Shown here in pieces: positions 11,727 through 24,600 of a DNA stretch of 33,643 nt. Below the pieces are notes generated by a model. The model made no database searches, was not told the DNA's origin, and saw only the letters and a list, made by a program, of their open reading frames with translations. Position 1 is the stretch's first letter. Each line of letters starts with the position of its first letter. The translations under genes and the position numbers were made by a program. Location of the stretch: positions 1 through 33,643 of the forward strand of contig JAAPAO010000390.1 in assembly GCA_013115145.1 (NCBI GenBank). The letters run 5' to 3'. Source of the DNA: Perkinsus chesapeaki ATCC PRA-425. Its lineage: Eukaryota; Protista; Perkinsozoa.

Positions 11727-11904
11727 CTGCTTAATTTACAACATTCGAATGCATTGACAAACTTCGCACTTGGAAGTAGTGTTAGTACGCGGAATGTAAG
11801 CTAGTCCATTTCTACGAGCATTTCCAATTCTACGCTTTCACGAAACTTGAGTCGATATGATCTATGGTCTATGTTAATCTACTTCATCTCGAGCTGCAAC
11901 GTCA

Positions 11905-13828
11905 TTATTGACTTTTCAACGTACACCAGAGAATCTCATAGAAGCGGCAATCAGCATAAAAAAGCCAGGATGACATATCATGAACGTTACTGAGGTAACT
12001 TTCGTGCTTCTTTCTGGTGGAGGCAATAGAGCACCTACAAAATACTAATTTCTCGTTCGGCTTCCGCAGTCTCACGGATTCATCGGCTTCCGCTCGTCTC
12101 TTAAAATCGTCATAAGTGATTCTCAGGCCTTCTTTAAGAGGTATCTTCGGCTGCCACCCATCAAGATGGTTCCTTGCTAAACTAATATCTGGCTGGCGCC
12201 TAACGTTAACCGTCTCATTGAGCCCACAATCACTCTTCGTGAACCTTCTAGGATCGTCCTGTGGGAGTGTTCGGTATTCTATATCCAACTCAGATGACCC
12301 TTCGCCAGCAGCTGCCAGCTCTCGAACCATATTTGCTAGCTTGCCCACTCTGAACTCGCTGGGGTTGCCAAGGTTGACGGGTCCAATGGTCGACTCACCT
12401 GCAAAATCGCATAACACAACCGGAGCGGACCACAGGAACGATCAGCAATAATTCGATCGCCGCCGCCGCCGGCCACATCATTCCAGAATATCAAGGCCTC
12501 TGCCTCTTACAGTTCATAAGTCTGTATAATCCAAGAACCAAGTCGGACACGAAACAAAAACTCCTTGTCTGATTGCCATCACCATAAACAGTAATCTTAT
12601 CTCCACGGAGAGCTTGAACCAGAAAGTTCGAAACGACGCGGCCATCCTAACAACAACAATGAGGAGGATGATGCACGCCTTGGGGGAATTCCTCAACACA
12701 TGGAACATCATTCTTGGTCCGTAGGTGTTGAATATCCTCGCAATACGGACGTCGACTCCATGCTGGCGGTGGTAATCCATACATAGAGCTTCAGCGGCTC
12801 TCTTGCCTACAAGACATGGCTGCTGTCGTCTGAGTGGCAGCATGAGATATGAGCCCACCTTCATCATAGCAGCTTCGAGTTCCGATGCAGTTTACGTTGC
12901 CAAAATAAGCCTCCGTTTGAGGATGCTGCTCTGGGTCACCATATACCTGATACATGATCTCTTGCTTCACCACTACAACACATCACCTCGCTAGTGCTGG
13001 CCAGTAGAAGACGAGCCCCTGTCCGCTTGGCAATGCCGCACATGTTCAAAGTGCCTATCACCTGAAAAAACAACAACAAACTGGTAGTCGCCGGAGGAGA
13101 AGTGGCAATTCAGACCGAGCTTGTGTGAACCAGACTTATGGTTCAAGTTCGATTGCGAGAGTCCGCGTGGGCAGCACAATGCTCTTTTTAAAGTTACTCA
13201 AAACAATCCTGCAAAATCATTTACATAATAAGGGGAATAAGAGGAAACCAGCAGGAAGGCAGCTTCCGCCATGCGTGGTGGAGCCAATAGAGCAGCAACG
13301 CCTACATTGGTCTTCAACGTTTTGATAGCGTTATGCTGATAATGCACCGGTGAAGCAGGGCAAGCAAGGTGATAAATTTGATCGACCTCTAGAAGAACCT
13401 ATAAGGAACTGTATTAACGGGCTCTAAAGCGATTCGCCATACCTCTTGGGTGACGTCATGTCTTATGAGCTCGAACCTCGGATTGGACAGCCAATGTGCA
13501 ACGTTACCCTGAGCAGCAGCAGCGATGACCCGATGACCGAGCAAGGCCAACAGCATCAAGGCCAGCATTCGAACGATAAAATCGGAGAGTCACCTTGTCG
13601 CCACAGAAAAAATTGTCCATGCAGATGACCTCGTGCCCCAATTGCATCAAAAAGTCCACCATATGAGAGCCGATGAAGCCGCCGCCTCCAGTGACCAAAA
13701 TCCGTTTCTAAAGGAGTCTTTGAATAACAGAAGATAGCAAGAGAATGGCCAACCTTAGGGAGTGCTGGCAGGTCCCGAGGAGGCTTTGTGATTATCTCTC
13801 TGGGAGGGAAACAGTTCAATGCATCCAT
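11905..13828 (-). CDS. UXS1: UDP-glucuronate decarboxylase (UDP-xylose synthase); last exon boundary uncertain (stop at 11905 or ~11996)
   Basis: Spliced translation gives [88 protein letters not shown] (YxxxK), [11 protein letters not shown] and [11 protein letters not shown]. Confidence 0.95.
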
Positions 13829-14028
13829 GTTGGAGTGTTAAAAAAACTTCACGCGCTCTGATGTACTAACTCGGGAAATCTCAGATTTCGTTGAACGCAA
13901 TCATACAACAAGTATTGAGGATCGGTGAATTACGTAGGTGAGAATCGTCGACCAGCGATTGAATGCACAGCAACTATACTTTTCCTGAACAGCGCGAAGT
14001 GAAGCCGCGGGCAGGCTGTATCGTAACG

Positions 14029-15169
14029 TCACAATGTATCACTTGAGACCTCTTCAGCTTCCTCGGCTTTTTCAACATCAACTTGGATGCCAACAAGGTC
14101 GCAAAGTCCTTGGTAAAAGTCGGCAACCTGTGTAAGAGCCGCCAGAATCTTATCCTCGACATCGGCCAGGTTTTGCGCGGACTCCATCTCGCAGATCATC
14201 CTCCAAACCTTTAGTGACGTCTCTTCTAATTGAACTCTTTGGTCCGGCGTGTCGGTGAAATCAACTGATTGGAGATAGTCACTTTGCCAATATTGCACCT
14301 GATCCATCCGCACTGAACCGCCCTTCTAAAACTGTTTTCGCCAACATGGGTTTCTCACCGTAGCGAGCAGCCTGAGGCTTCGTTGCCTAATCACATCCGC
14401 CTTCTTGGTAGTCTTTCCCAAATGCTTAGTGCTTTGCTCAACTTGATCACGAACTAACTGTAGTCGTTCTCTTAAGAGCAACCTAAGAATAAAACAATGC
14501 CTCGAAGGCGAAACAGAAGGTTGATAATCAACATCCTCCGATGTAGTCTAGCTGGTTAGGATTCGTGGCTCTCACCCACGCGACCGGGGTTCGAGTCCCC
14601 GCATCGGAATTGTATACAAAGATCATTTGTACTGTAGTGTTCAGTTATTCGAACGTATAAACATCTGCGGCCTATGGAAGACATCCGAAGTAAGCCTCAG
14701 TCACTTGAATGAACGCTCACCGAGGTTCATGTTGTTCACAGTGCGGTTTCCAAGCTGTCATCACCCCTGAATAGCCTCCAACTGGCACATCGACATCTCG
14801 ACCGCACAACACCAGCGACGTCTGGGTGGAATCGAGTGGCCTCGTTAGTCCCGGTACGACCCTCAAATAAGAGCACTTTACACCGCTCATGGATGACAGG
14901 CTTCTTACAGTACACAAACGCCATACGGCAGCCAGTGGGTTACAGCAGCATAGCATCACAACAGTCTCACACACAGGTCGCCGTGCACATCATAACTAAC
15001 GCGACAACTTTAAGAGAAACAGAGAGAATTTCCCAGTGCGCTAAAATACACATAACAGGAGGGTTCTGAAGAGAGGAACTTGGTTTTATTGTTATGAGTT
15101 GACAGTGCTGAATACACACGAGCTCCGTTGAGCATCGTCATCGTCATCATATGATGGAATCTCCAACAT
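14029..15169 (-). CDS. Hypothetical protein with one hydrophobic segment and a coiled-coil-like region (start uncertain)
   Basis: Exons join with matching phase: ...KVVALVMMCTATCV|VVPGLTRPLDS...HCEQHEPR|LLLRERLQLVRDQVEQS...RLLAT|KGGSVRMDQVQYWQ...EEVSSDTL*. Donors are GTGAG and acceptors YAG. Confidence 0.55.
14537..14609 (+). tRNA. tRNA-Glu(CTC): tRNA-Glu (anticodon CTC), 73 nt, no intron
   Basis: Full cloverleaf: acceptor stem TCCGATG/CATCGGA, D arm GTC-TAGCTGGTTAG-GAT, anticodon arm CGTGG-CTCTCAC-CCACG, T arm CGGGG-TTCGAGT-CCCCG, discriminator A. Confidence 0.97.
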
Positions 15170-15315
15170 AGCAGCAACCTCTCAGAGAACAATCAATAAT
15201 ACATCAACAACAACCATATGCTCACCTAAGCTTTTTACGTTTTTATAATTACAATACCGAATATGCTCCCTCTAAATGGAAGCATTTCTTATCAACTTCT
15301 GCTGCCCAGCAAAGC

Positions 15316-15885
15316 TCATAACTGAATACCCTCCTCGGACAACCGCTGCACTAGGATATTAAGCTGCTCCTTCACCCTATCAATCTGATACTGTAGCGTC
15401 ATCTCCGCCGCTCTAGTGATCTGGTCATCCTCGTAGCTGCTGTCTACAGTATCGTAAGTGGCTGGTACAAATTCTGGAGCATCAGGATTCATACCGCTCT
15501 CTTCCATAAACCCTTCCGGTACGAATTCCGGAGCATCAACGTTGAGTTCATGGTGCCCACGGAGATCCTGTCCAGGTAGAGTTAAGCTATCACCAGACCC
15601 ACGAGAGCTTTTGTCAGATCCATAGGATGTCGATGGCGTCATCATATCCACAGGTGAAGATTCGACCTTCATACCCGGCCCAACCTCCTTATTCTCAACA
15701 GTGCGCTGAGAAGGAAGAAGTTCATCAGCTTTATCCAGCAGTTCAGAATTGTAGTAGTCTGTAAGCTCTTGGAGCAGGTCCCATCCTATAGCAGGATCAC
15801 GAGGTTCGATACCTCCATTAGTGTTGTTTAAACGTCCACTTCCAGAGGGCACAGCAGGGGCATAGCTGTTGCTTATGTGAGACAT
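15316..15885 (-). CDS. Intronless acidic protein with two PAM2 (PABP-interacting motif 2) repeats
   Basis: 189-aa ORF with ELNVDAPEFVP and GMNPDAPEFVP, matching the PAM2 consensus xLNxxAxEFVP. Short coiled-coil-like C-terminus (QYQIDRVKEQLNILVQRL). Confidence 0.8.
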   Translation of the reverse strand: MSHISNSYAPAVPSGSGRLNNTNGGIEPRDPAIGWDLLQELTDYYNSELLDKADELLPSQRTVENKEVGPGMKVESSPVDMMTPSTSYGSDKSSRGSGDSLTLPGQDLRGHHELNVDAPEFVPEGFMEESGMNPDAPEFVPATYDTVDSSYEDDQITRAAEMTLQYQIDRVKEQLNILVQRLSEEGIQL

Positions 15886-16412
15886 AGCGAGATAAATGTA
15901 ACGAAATCAGAGAAGAAATAAAACTTAATCAAAATTCCCATCCACTCTGACCCAAGCATTTCGCAAGATCCCGTAACGTACACCTGCGGCAGTGATTACG
16001 AGACACCGAACACAACAACGCTATACAATTAGGTAATCGAGAAACTTTGGATGATGATGATGAATGCCTCCTGCTGGAGACCATCTAGATGGATACCATT
16101 GCCAGCTTATTTATATACATTTTCACCATAACAACAACAACAACCACAAATACAAGCGGATGATGAAGGTTGATGATAATAATAATGGCGAGAATGATGT
16201 TGATGCTGTTGACGAGGACTCGTTTTGGACGAGCCATCAATAAATGTGGGGACTCTATTGTAGCATATCCGCTGAATTGTTGATCGTCGGACACTCGACG
16301 ATACCATGGCCAAGGGGCACTACCAACGACCAGGCAAGTAGAATTAGAAAAATATTGTGGGATAAATGCTTCACCCTCTCCCATCTCCACCAAACTCGGT
16401 ATCAAGTTGTCA

Positions 16413-17105
16413 TCAGGCCACTTCGTTCGGCGTGCTCAAACCATCGTTACAGCTCTTCATTAAATCTTTGCCACCGTCTAATGCAATCTCTGCTAGTAAC
16501 ATCGCCAACGCATCCTCGTCTAAAGGGGGTACTTCCTCGGCAGCCTTGTCATCTTCATGGAAGGGTGGGCTGAGCCCCTGCACCCACAGATCCGCCAGAT
16601 CAGCGATGAGCGAATCAACACTTTCGGCGGCATCTCCAGAATGACCTGCCTCGCATTCCCCAACAGAGCCAGGGATAAACTCAGGCGCATCTGGATCCAA
16701 CTCGGTACAACTTCCGACCTCCTCAATTTGATATTCACCACCACCTGGGACGAACTCTGGCGCATCCACATTAAAGCCAGCAGCAGCAGACGCCTCCTCT
16801 CCCTGGCCAGCCATCGTCAGCGAGGCCATCATGGGGACGAATTCCTCGGCATTAGGATCGAGCTTTGGCGTATTAACAAGGTGCTCAACCTCCTCCTCAT
16901 CCGATGTCACCTCGTCACCATCCGTACTGTAAAGTGGCTCAACAGGATCCTCGTATGCGAGCGTGTCGAAAGCCGATGCTAGATAGAACTTAGCGGGTAG
17001 CTGCCAAGGCTCGGTGGTGGTACTGCTAATACTAGAGGTGGGGTTAATGTCATTATTAGGTGGCCACGGTGTATAAATAGAATCGTCAAGCTCAGACACC
17101 ACCAT
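16413..17105 (-). CDS. Intronless acidic protein with three PAM2 repeats (open frame extends to 17237)
   Basis: KLDPNAEEFVP, GFNVDAPEFVP and ELDPDAPEFIP in a D/E-rich ORF. The first in-frame ATG is at 17105 (MVVSELDD). Confidence 0.8.
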   Translation of the reverse strand: MVVSELDDSIYTPWPPNNDINPTSSISSTTTEPWQLPAKFYLASAFDTLAYEDPVEPLYSTDGDEVTSDEEEVEHLVNTPKLDPNAEEFVPMMASLTMAGQGEEASAAAGFNVDAPEFVPGGGEYQIEEVGSCTELDPDAPEFIPGSVGECEAGHSGDAAESVDSLIADLADLWVQGLSPPFHEDDKAAEEVPPLDEDALAMLLAEIALDGGKDLMKSCNDGLSTPNEVA

Positions 17106-17459
17106 GGACAAAAACAAAGGGAATTGAACTGGTAACAAAGACACCACGGCCAAGAGTACGAGCCACGTAAGGTTGAACTGAGGTGCAGCAAAGATGCTGT
17201 AATGAAAGGTATCTCGAAGCAGAGTTGTAAGAAGCAAGGATCAAGCCAAGATTCGTTTGACGACGCACGCTTGGACATGTTTCCTGCAAATTGCACGAAA
17301 AGTACTTCAATCGTTGCGGTGACGGCAGAAAAGCGGCGCAGTCGAGCCCGCCACTTTTGCACAACTTCTGGTGGTTCGCTAGATCGCAGCAGCCGCAACA
17401 AACACAAGTTAGTCACAGAAACATGGTTAGAAACAACACCACATGATGAGTATACACAC

Positions 17460-20309
17460 TTAGTATAGTGTAATGAGCAATCGGCGGGCTTGGAAGCCAT
17501 TCCCTTGAGATAACATATAGAAGTATCTAAAGTATTAATAATGGCACTGAACACACTCTAGGGGAGGATGTACTCAAGCTTGTCCTTAGGGAAGTTGAAT
17601 AGGATGTTCATAAGGCGGTAGTAGCCAACATAATTCGCAAACTCATGCTTGCTGAAATTCCGCACTGTCTTGATCTGCCAGAATAACTTATCACATATCA
17701 CCGATCTGCCCTACCTCATCGTCTTTCACACCACAGAGCTCCGGTCGATAATCCCTGAGATCGAAAACAGCTGAGATATTCAAGCTGAATTCATTTCAGC
17801 GAAATGATGACACACCTTCGGTTACGAAATCGCCATGATGTCCCATAGAGCTTCACGCCGCGCTTGTACCTGAGCCGTGGTGAGCTTTTGATAGAGGCTG
17901 CAGGGGTCCTCACTCATGACCGTCCCATTTAGAAAACAACCTTGACATGGTTAGATGGTAGGCTGGTATGTACCCATTATATATAGTATTATCATACCTG
18001 AAAGGATAAAGGAGTAAATAGATACTAAAGGCAATTTATGAACAACCATCACCATCAACGACCACAGACACCAACGGTCACAATACATAATAATACGGTT
18101 TCATATAGAACGCGCGATTTCTGTCAGGAACAGGAATTATCAGATCAGCATCGTCAGGAATTTTCTAACGATGCTGCATCTGATACTGAGCGCCACTTTA
18201 CGGACGGCCAAGATAATTCTATTAGGTTGATGTACTGTACAGAGCCGCATAGGGCTACTGGGCAAGCAGTTCGATGACTAGGACCAAACCCACCTCATCG
18301 ACACATAACGTGACACTGGGAATGCTTCACACCACTCATCACACACCACCAATAAAGGGAACTTCGTTTGTACCTACCAACACTCGTTACGCATCTTCTC
18401 AGCGTCCTGCCTACTTTGAGTTGCTCAAACAACTCATATACTGCCTGACACGCATATGCTTGATTATCAAGAGCAAAATCGACTATATCCCAAAGAGTCT
18501 GAGGCTCCGGCAGAGGTGTCGTCATAGACGGTATCTGATACCACCAGATAGCAGCAGCTCAAGACACAAGCCAATCCCTGCCCTCACCTTCACGTCCCTC
18601 CTATAGTGCGCCATTCGCTCCAGCTTGTACCTATGAAACATGTACAATACTTCACCCTATTATCCACTTTACTCTAGCTGTTCTGGTGTAAGGTGCTCAA
18701 GGTCAATCTCTTCACCAAATTTAATAACAATCTCCTTATTAACAGCCTTCTCAATCAAAGGGGAATAAAGCCGTCTAGTAAAGTTCAAATCGTTCCCATC
18801 CAATGCCCTAAAAGTATCATCGCCAGCTGCTTCGCTCCGCCTACTAAAACAACTACTCACTTCCGCCCATACACGCTCATGTCCACTGGCATCTGTTCGA
18901 AGAACTCTCGATTTCGTATCGAGGTGCGCTCCAGGAACTGCTGGCTGAATTCATTCTGTATATACAGGCCCGCATTGCTTCGCTTTATCTCAGCTATTTC
19001 CTATCATAGCAGCACCAGCCACCTACCGCTCTCGCTGCCTACCATCACCGCCTACCCTATTATACCGTGATAGCAGTGGCTCGTATACCACAAGCCAACC
19101 ATTAAGTCTGGCCCAGCATACTATATAATTAAGTACGCCCGATTTTCCTGCTCCTACCATCATCCAGACATCCACCACAACATCATCGCCAACAACGCAC
19201 AGTCGGCCTACCCCTCTTGCCATCCAATAGCCATCCCTTTGTGTGCTGGAAGCTAGCCTTATCTCTCAGACACTGGAGTTGCCGCATTATCTCCAGTGTA
19301 ACTTTCCGAAGCATAATGCCCAAGTCCCTAAATCCGCCTACACTTCCCCTCATTTCACCATCTCACCGTTGCCGACTCTTCACTAGCATTATGTCCCTAG
19401 GGAGCTCGCCACCCTGAAAAGACCGTGCCTCCCTGCCCAAGAGATCTATCACTCTACCATTCCCTCTGGTAGCAGCTCCATGAGCTCATCTCGAGGCAGC
19501 CGCATAAACCGTCCAACATCCGAGGCCCTAGGGAAGTACTCCTCACCTGCCATAAGCATCGGAAATCTACACGGGTCTGCAGAGCAGTTTGTAGGGCGAG
19601 CTTCTAAGATTAACTTAGCAGCCCTGATGTTAACAGCGTTGGAATCTTTGCTAGCAAGCAGAGCCGCCGCAACAATGACCTCATCGACGAACCAACGTGA
19701 GGTTCTATGAAATAGGCAAGTCTACCAAGTTCCGCGGAATTCCCTCCAACACTAGCAGTTAGCTTCCGTTATCCATCCCCTACCATCAGCCTCCCTTGGC
19801 ATCCACAAATCTGGTCTTTTAACAGGCTCCTCTAGAGGAATGTTTGTTATGTCCGGCGTTATTATATGAGACGGGTACCTTATAGATACTAAAACCAGAT
19901 GTCCCAGCGGAGGAGGAGGAGCCTACAGTTCCAGTACGGCATCCCGCTGTGCTCTAAACTGCTTTTGGCCGTACTCCATAGTAGGCTCACCCTAACACCA
20001 CTACGATGACCTTCTACATGCTCCGAAGAGAAAGGGTACCTCAGTTGTTCGACCACCTTGCTGCTGCTGCTGCTGTTGCCCTGGTCGAGAGTCTCCCTCC
20101 CCGTCCCTAGGTAAAGGTATACCAAATACTTTACCAGTGTCCCAAGCCTGGAACCCAGCAGCAGCAGCTCGCTTGGAGCCCACAGCCATTCCTCTAGCCA
20201 AGGCTGGCACAGTGCTGCTGCTTCGAGCGATAAGCATGCTACTGAGTACACGGGGATTTAATGCTACCTTACCAACACAAGGGAGAGGGGTGTCGAGAAA
20301 CGATAGCAT
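17460..20309 (-). CDS. DAP3: Mitochondrial small-subunit ribosomal protein mS29 (DAP3), multi-exon
   Basis: Presequence-like start (MLSFLDTPLPCVG...ARSSSTVPALARGMAVGSKR). YPSHIITPD, P-loop GKSGVLNYIVCWARLNGWLVVYEP, LWDIVDFALDNQAYACQAVYELFEQLK, and terminal exon YFYMLSQGNGFQARRLLITLY* at 17460. Confidence 0.8.
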
Positions 20310-20428
20310 ACTACTACGAAGCGATTGATGATGAAAGGAACGATGACAGTAGGACACAACTGATCATCACGGTGGTATATAAATTACTGTATATATAGTA
20401 TCAGTAGTGCAGCAGTCTTTGAAGGTAC

Positions 20429-21531
20429 TCATATACCCAAGGCCTTGGTCATCTCAGTAACCCAGCCATAGACACCAAAGAAGATTATGCCGCCTGAAGA
20501 CACTTGGATTACTCTGGGCACCAAACCCTTTGTGAACGCAGCCGGACCTTCAGTCTTTACGATATCAACCCTGAATACAAGCATCAACTTACTATATGAT
20601 TCCATTCTTACATGGTCTTCAAGAATGGTGCGCTGGCTCCCTCTGCCCCCTTGACACTCAACATGCTCCTGGTCTTTACCACGTCCAACGGTGTCGTTAG
20701 TGCCGCTGCCAACCCACCAGCTATTGCACCACATACAGCACCTAACAGGCACTGTCTTCACGGTCACTTCACGGCTTCACCGCTTCCACCTCCAAAAGGC
20801 GTAACTTCCTCTCTCCCCTGCTTTTTCGCCACATAAACCTTGAGCTTCTCCCACAGAGGGAACTCTATAAACCCGAAAGGTATCTCCCGAGCCAACGTGG
20901 CAAGATATCCAGTAAAAAAACCACCAACGCCGAAGTTACGGTATACGTGCGAGATGACCTAATAACCATCCTACGATACTCGTCCACCGCCTCTGTCCTC
21001 CCTCTTACCTCCCTATACGTGCCAAACTGGCCGGCTTGCCTATTCTGTTTAAGTATATCAGTAGGCACTCTTGCCGCACAAGCCACACACTCTGCTATAG
21101 CAGCTGAACAACCGTACAGCATAAACGAGCCTTCCTTTAATGGCAGCCGAGCTCTATGAAGGACACCCGTGAGAATGATAACGCTACAGAGCTCTATCGT
21201 ACTTTGACTGTTCATATGTTAGAAAGTATAACGCAGCTGCCGGAGCCGACCCTAATGCGGCTGCTCCAAGGCCATTGTAGACACCACGGAACTAATAACG
21301 ACTAGAGGGTAGACGAGGGTTATCTATGAACGGTACCCCTCCAGTGGCCCAGAAGCCTTCCCTTGCCTGTATCCTAGTCTTTATGGTATCTACTGGATAC
21401 AGCCCAACATCTACTGCTAACCCTGCACTGGCACCCGACACTAAGGAGCTGGCCCACGAAGGCTGCTTAGGTGGGGGTGCACATGGTACTGAGGATGATG
21501 CTGGACCGCTACTACTACTGCTGCTGGACAT
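20429..21531 (-). CDS. SAMC: Mitochondrial carrier family protein, S-adenosylmethionine carrier-like
   Basis: Three carrier signatures ([27 protein letters not shown]), plus [17 protein letters not shown]...GFWATGG and [21 protein letters not shown], typical of SLC25A26/Sam5-type carriers. Confidence 0.85.
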
Positions 21532-21668
21532 CCGAAAAACACTAGAGGGAATCGCAGGTATGACAACATGGCAACACAAAAGCCGTCGATTGTCGAGAAA
21601 TTATGGCACAAATGGTAAGCAATGATACAACATAGCTACTGGTTTACAGATGGTGATGATGACAGTAT

Positions 21669-24600
21669 TTACCCGAAACGGCTTATGCTGCTCGCTTCGC
21701 TTCGCCTTCTAGAAGAGCTACCATCCCCAAGGTTGGGGTCGCTGAGCAGGAGGCTATGACCGTATCCAGCAGCACATGCACCCATTCTAACAGCACTGAT
21801 GGCACTGACTACTGAGGGTACATATTCACACGTTTGTCGAGACCTCCTCGGTGGCGCCTTTGCTACCCATGCCCCCCTCTGCTGGGAAGAAGTGTTGAGC
21901 AGCCCTAGTTGCCCGTAGCAGTCGGAGCCCCAAGAATAGACCTGTCCCTGCGAGTCGATAGCCAGGACGTGGGCGAAACCGCAAGAGATGCTCTTGAAGC
22001 GTTTGCCAGGAGGAATGTTGGTGACCTTCCGAGGCCTTGTCAGCTCCATAGGGTCGCCTGGAGGCAAAGCAAGCTGACCACTCTCATTGCTGCCCCAAAC
22101 CCACACGTCACCCAGCGTCGTGAGGCATGCCGTGAATGCTCCACCACAGGACACAGTACTGACAAAACCATCTCGATCAGTACCAATAGCAACCAACAGA
22201 GGCGTAGGGCTCCGGCAACCATTACCTCCTTCACCAGGAGGGAAGGTATCAGCTGAAAAGCCCAGGCCGAGCTGGCCGAACTCGCCCCAGCCCCAAGAGT
22301 AGAGTTGGCCGCCTGCAGTGACAGCTGCAGAGTGTGCTTCACCACAGGACACTGACGTAAAGCATGTAGATGATATAATAGCACCACCGACCTTCATAGG
22401 CCTGCTTACTATACACTCATTCTTAACATCATAGTAGCCCTCTACATTATCGATGCCTAGTTGGCCACCTTCCCCTCTTCCCCAAGCCCAAAGATGACCA
22501 TAACCATCAATGGCTATAGCATGGTAAGATCCACAGCTAACTGCTGCTGCAGCTGGGCCATCACCAAGACTAAGCTCGACAACACCGTTGCCTGCACCCC
22601 CACCGCCAACTCTACTGGATGTCGGCGATGAAGTAAGATCTCCTATTTGCCAAAGTCTACCGTCCTCGGACAGTGCCACAACAGCTGCTGCCGCACAGGA
22701 CACAGACTCTACAACAACACCACGAGGCAGGCGAGGTATGCTGACCTCCTGTGACAGGGAGCCCCAAACGTAGAGCCGACCTTCGTCACAAACAGCGGCA
22801 GATACACCGTCACCAGCAGAGATGTCCACAAGCCGTCTCTCTTTCATACACATAAGCCTCGATGGGCGAGGTGTCCACGTTACTGTACTGGCTGCCTCCT
22901 TAGTGGATCTTACTCCAAGTTGCTCTCTGTCATTGCTGCCAAAACCAAAGCACGTTCCTCTAGTAACCTCCTGGGCATCCGACAACACCGGAGCTCCTGT
23001 ATGGTTAGAAGATACCGTCAATACAGGCTTCCTCCTAGCAGTCTTCTGAAATGACAGAACGGTGTATGGTCTCGACAGGTCCAGCGCCCACGGCAGCCTC
23101 TCGACGTCCCCCTTGCTTATAGTGCTCACCAATAGCTCATCCACCTCCTCCTCAGTAAGAGGAGCTGATGGGAGACCTCTGGCCGTTTCAGCTCTGTCCA
23201 GAATAGGCCCTGTGTCCACCCGTGGGGGGTCGAAGTTTATACCGTCTCTAGCAGCCTCCCCACAAGCACGGAAGATATCGCCGTACTTCTCAACCTTGAG
23301 GACTGATCCCTTCGCATAGGCGTACTGGCCAAGCCTCCACGCCAACCATGCGGCAATCCTCTCACCCTGACCAAGCCTCGCTCGGGGGTCACCATAACCC
23401 GCCCTGCTGACCAACATAGCCAAAGCCTGCAAGAACTGCATGGACGAGAGCTCAGGGGAGTTGCTGCCACATGCTAAGCTACCCTTAGTGCACCACAGAC
23501 CAGCCAACATCTCCGGATCTGATGGGTGTATGGCAGATACCGAACGGGAAAGATTAGTAAAGCAAGCTATCATCCCAGGTGTGCCAGCCTTCCGAGCTAT
23601 ATACCATGCTCCCTGTAATAACAGTCTCATCCTACAATACGCCATACGACTGCTAGGCAAGGTAAACGGCGATGGTAGACAACAGGCTACCAGCAATGGC
23701 TCCAAAGGCATCCCAGAAAAGCGCTCATTGATCCACCCAATCCCCAAAGACTCGTGGACCTTCACGCTGAGTCTAGAGCTTTCCCCCACCCCTTTACAGG
23801 TGCGTGGTCGGACAGTGTAGATCCTAGAAGGTCTCAGCATAGCCTGGAGCTCTATCATGTATTTCGAGTCAGGCTCCAAAACTGCACCTTCAACCGTTTG
23901 GTAAAGCGCAGGTCGGCGGCCCCTTCTCCTAAACAATGTCTTCTCTACAGTAGCCTCAGGAAGGACCATACGCAGTTCCCATGACATAGCCCTCAACAGC
24001 TCCGGAGGATCCAGTAAAGCCAAGCCAAGGACCAAGGCAGCTGGAGGGGCCTCATCACCAGCAACCGATAGCATCACAGCCAATGACACATACAGGGATG
24101 ATGCAATAGCAGCCGTGTCATCGGTCGTGGCCGAGAACCTGCCGTCCCAAGCCGTGTTGAAAAGCACGCAGAAGAGGGCCTCAGAGTAAGTTAGCCGGCG
24201 GCGGCTGCCATTGACACTAGGAAGCTTGTTCATATATCTCCGAGCTGTATACTTGCACGCACGCGCAACCATATACACACACCACGGCACGAGCTTGTTA
24301 TACAGGAATCTAACCTCAACACTACGACATCCTTCTCGGAACTCCAGTAGCTCCAATGCCACCAGAAATGGAACCGCTGATGGTCCTAGACCCAAATCCT
24401 TCAAGGCCGCCCCGCACACTTGCATATATGATCCACCCTGCGCCAGTTCACTTGATAAAGCCTCACCACACCTTCGACATATATCAGGTGACGGACAGGA
24501 CTTCTCCGGGATGGAGACCCTAAGGGCATAGGGGAAGGTGCTCATGGTGAAGTCCGTGTTAGAGTCTGGTCTAGCTACCGCCTCCACTCTAGCAGGACCA

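Noticed and set aside
16085-16405. 106-aa hydrophobic ORF between the PAM2 genes
   Set aside because: It is driven by ATC/TTG microsatellite-like runs and is more likely 3' UTR.
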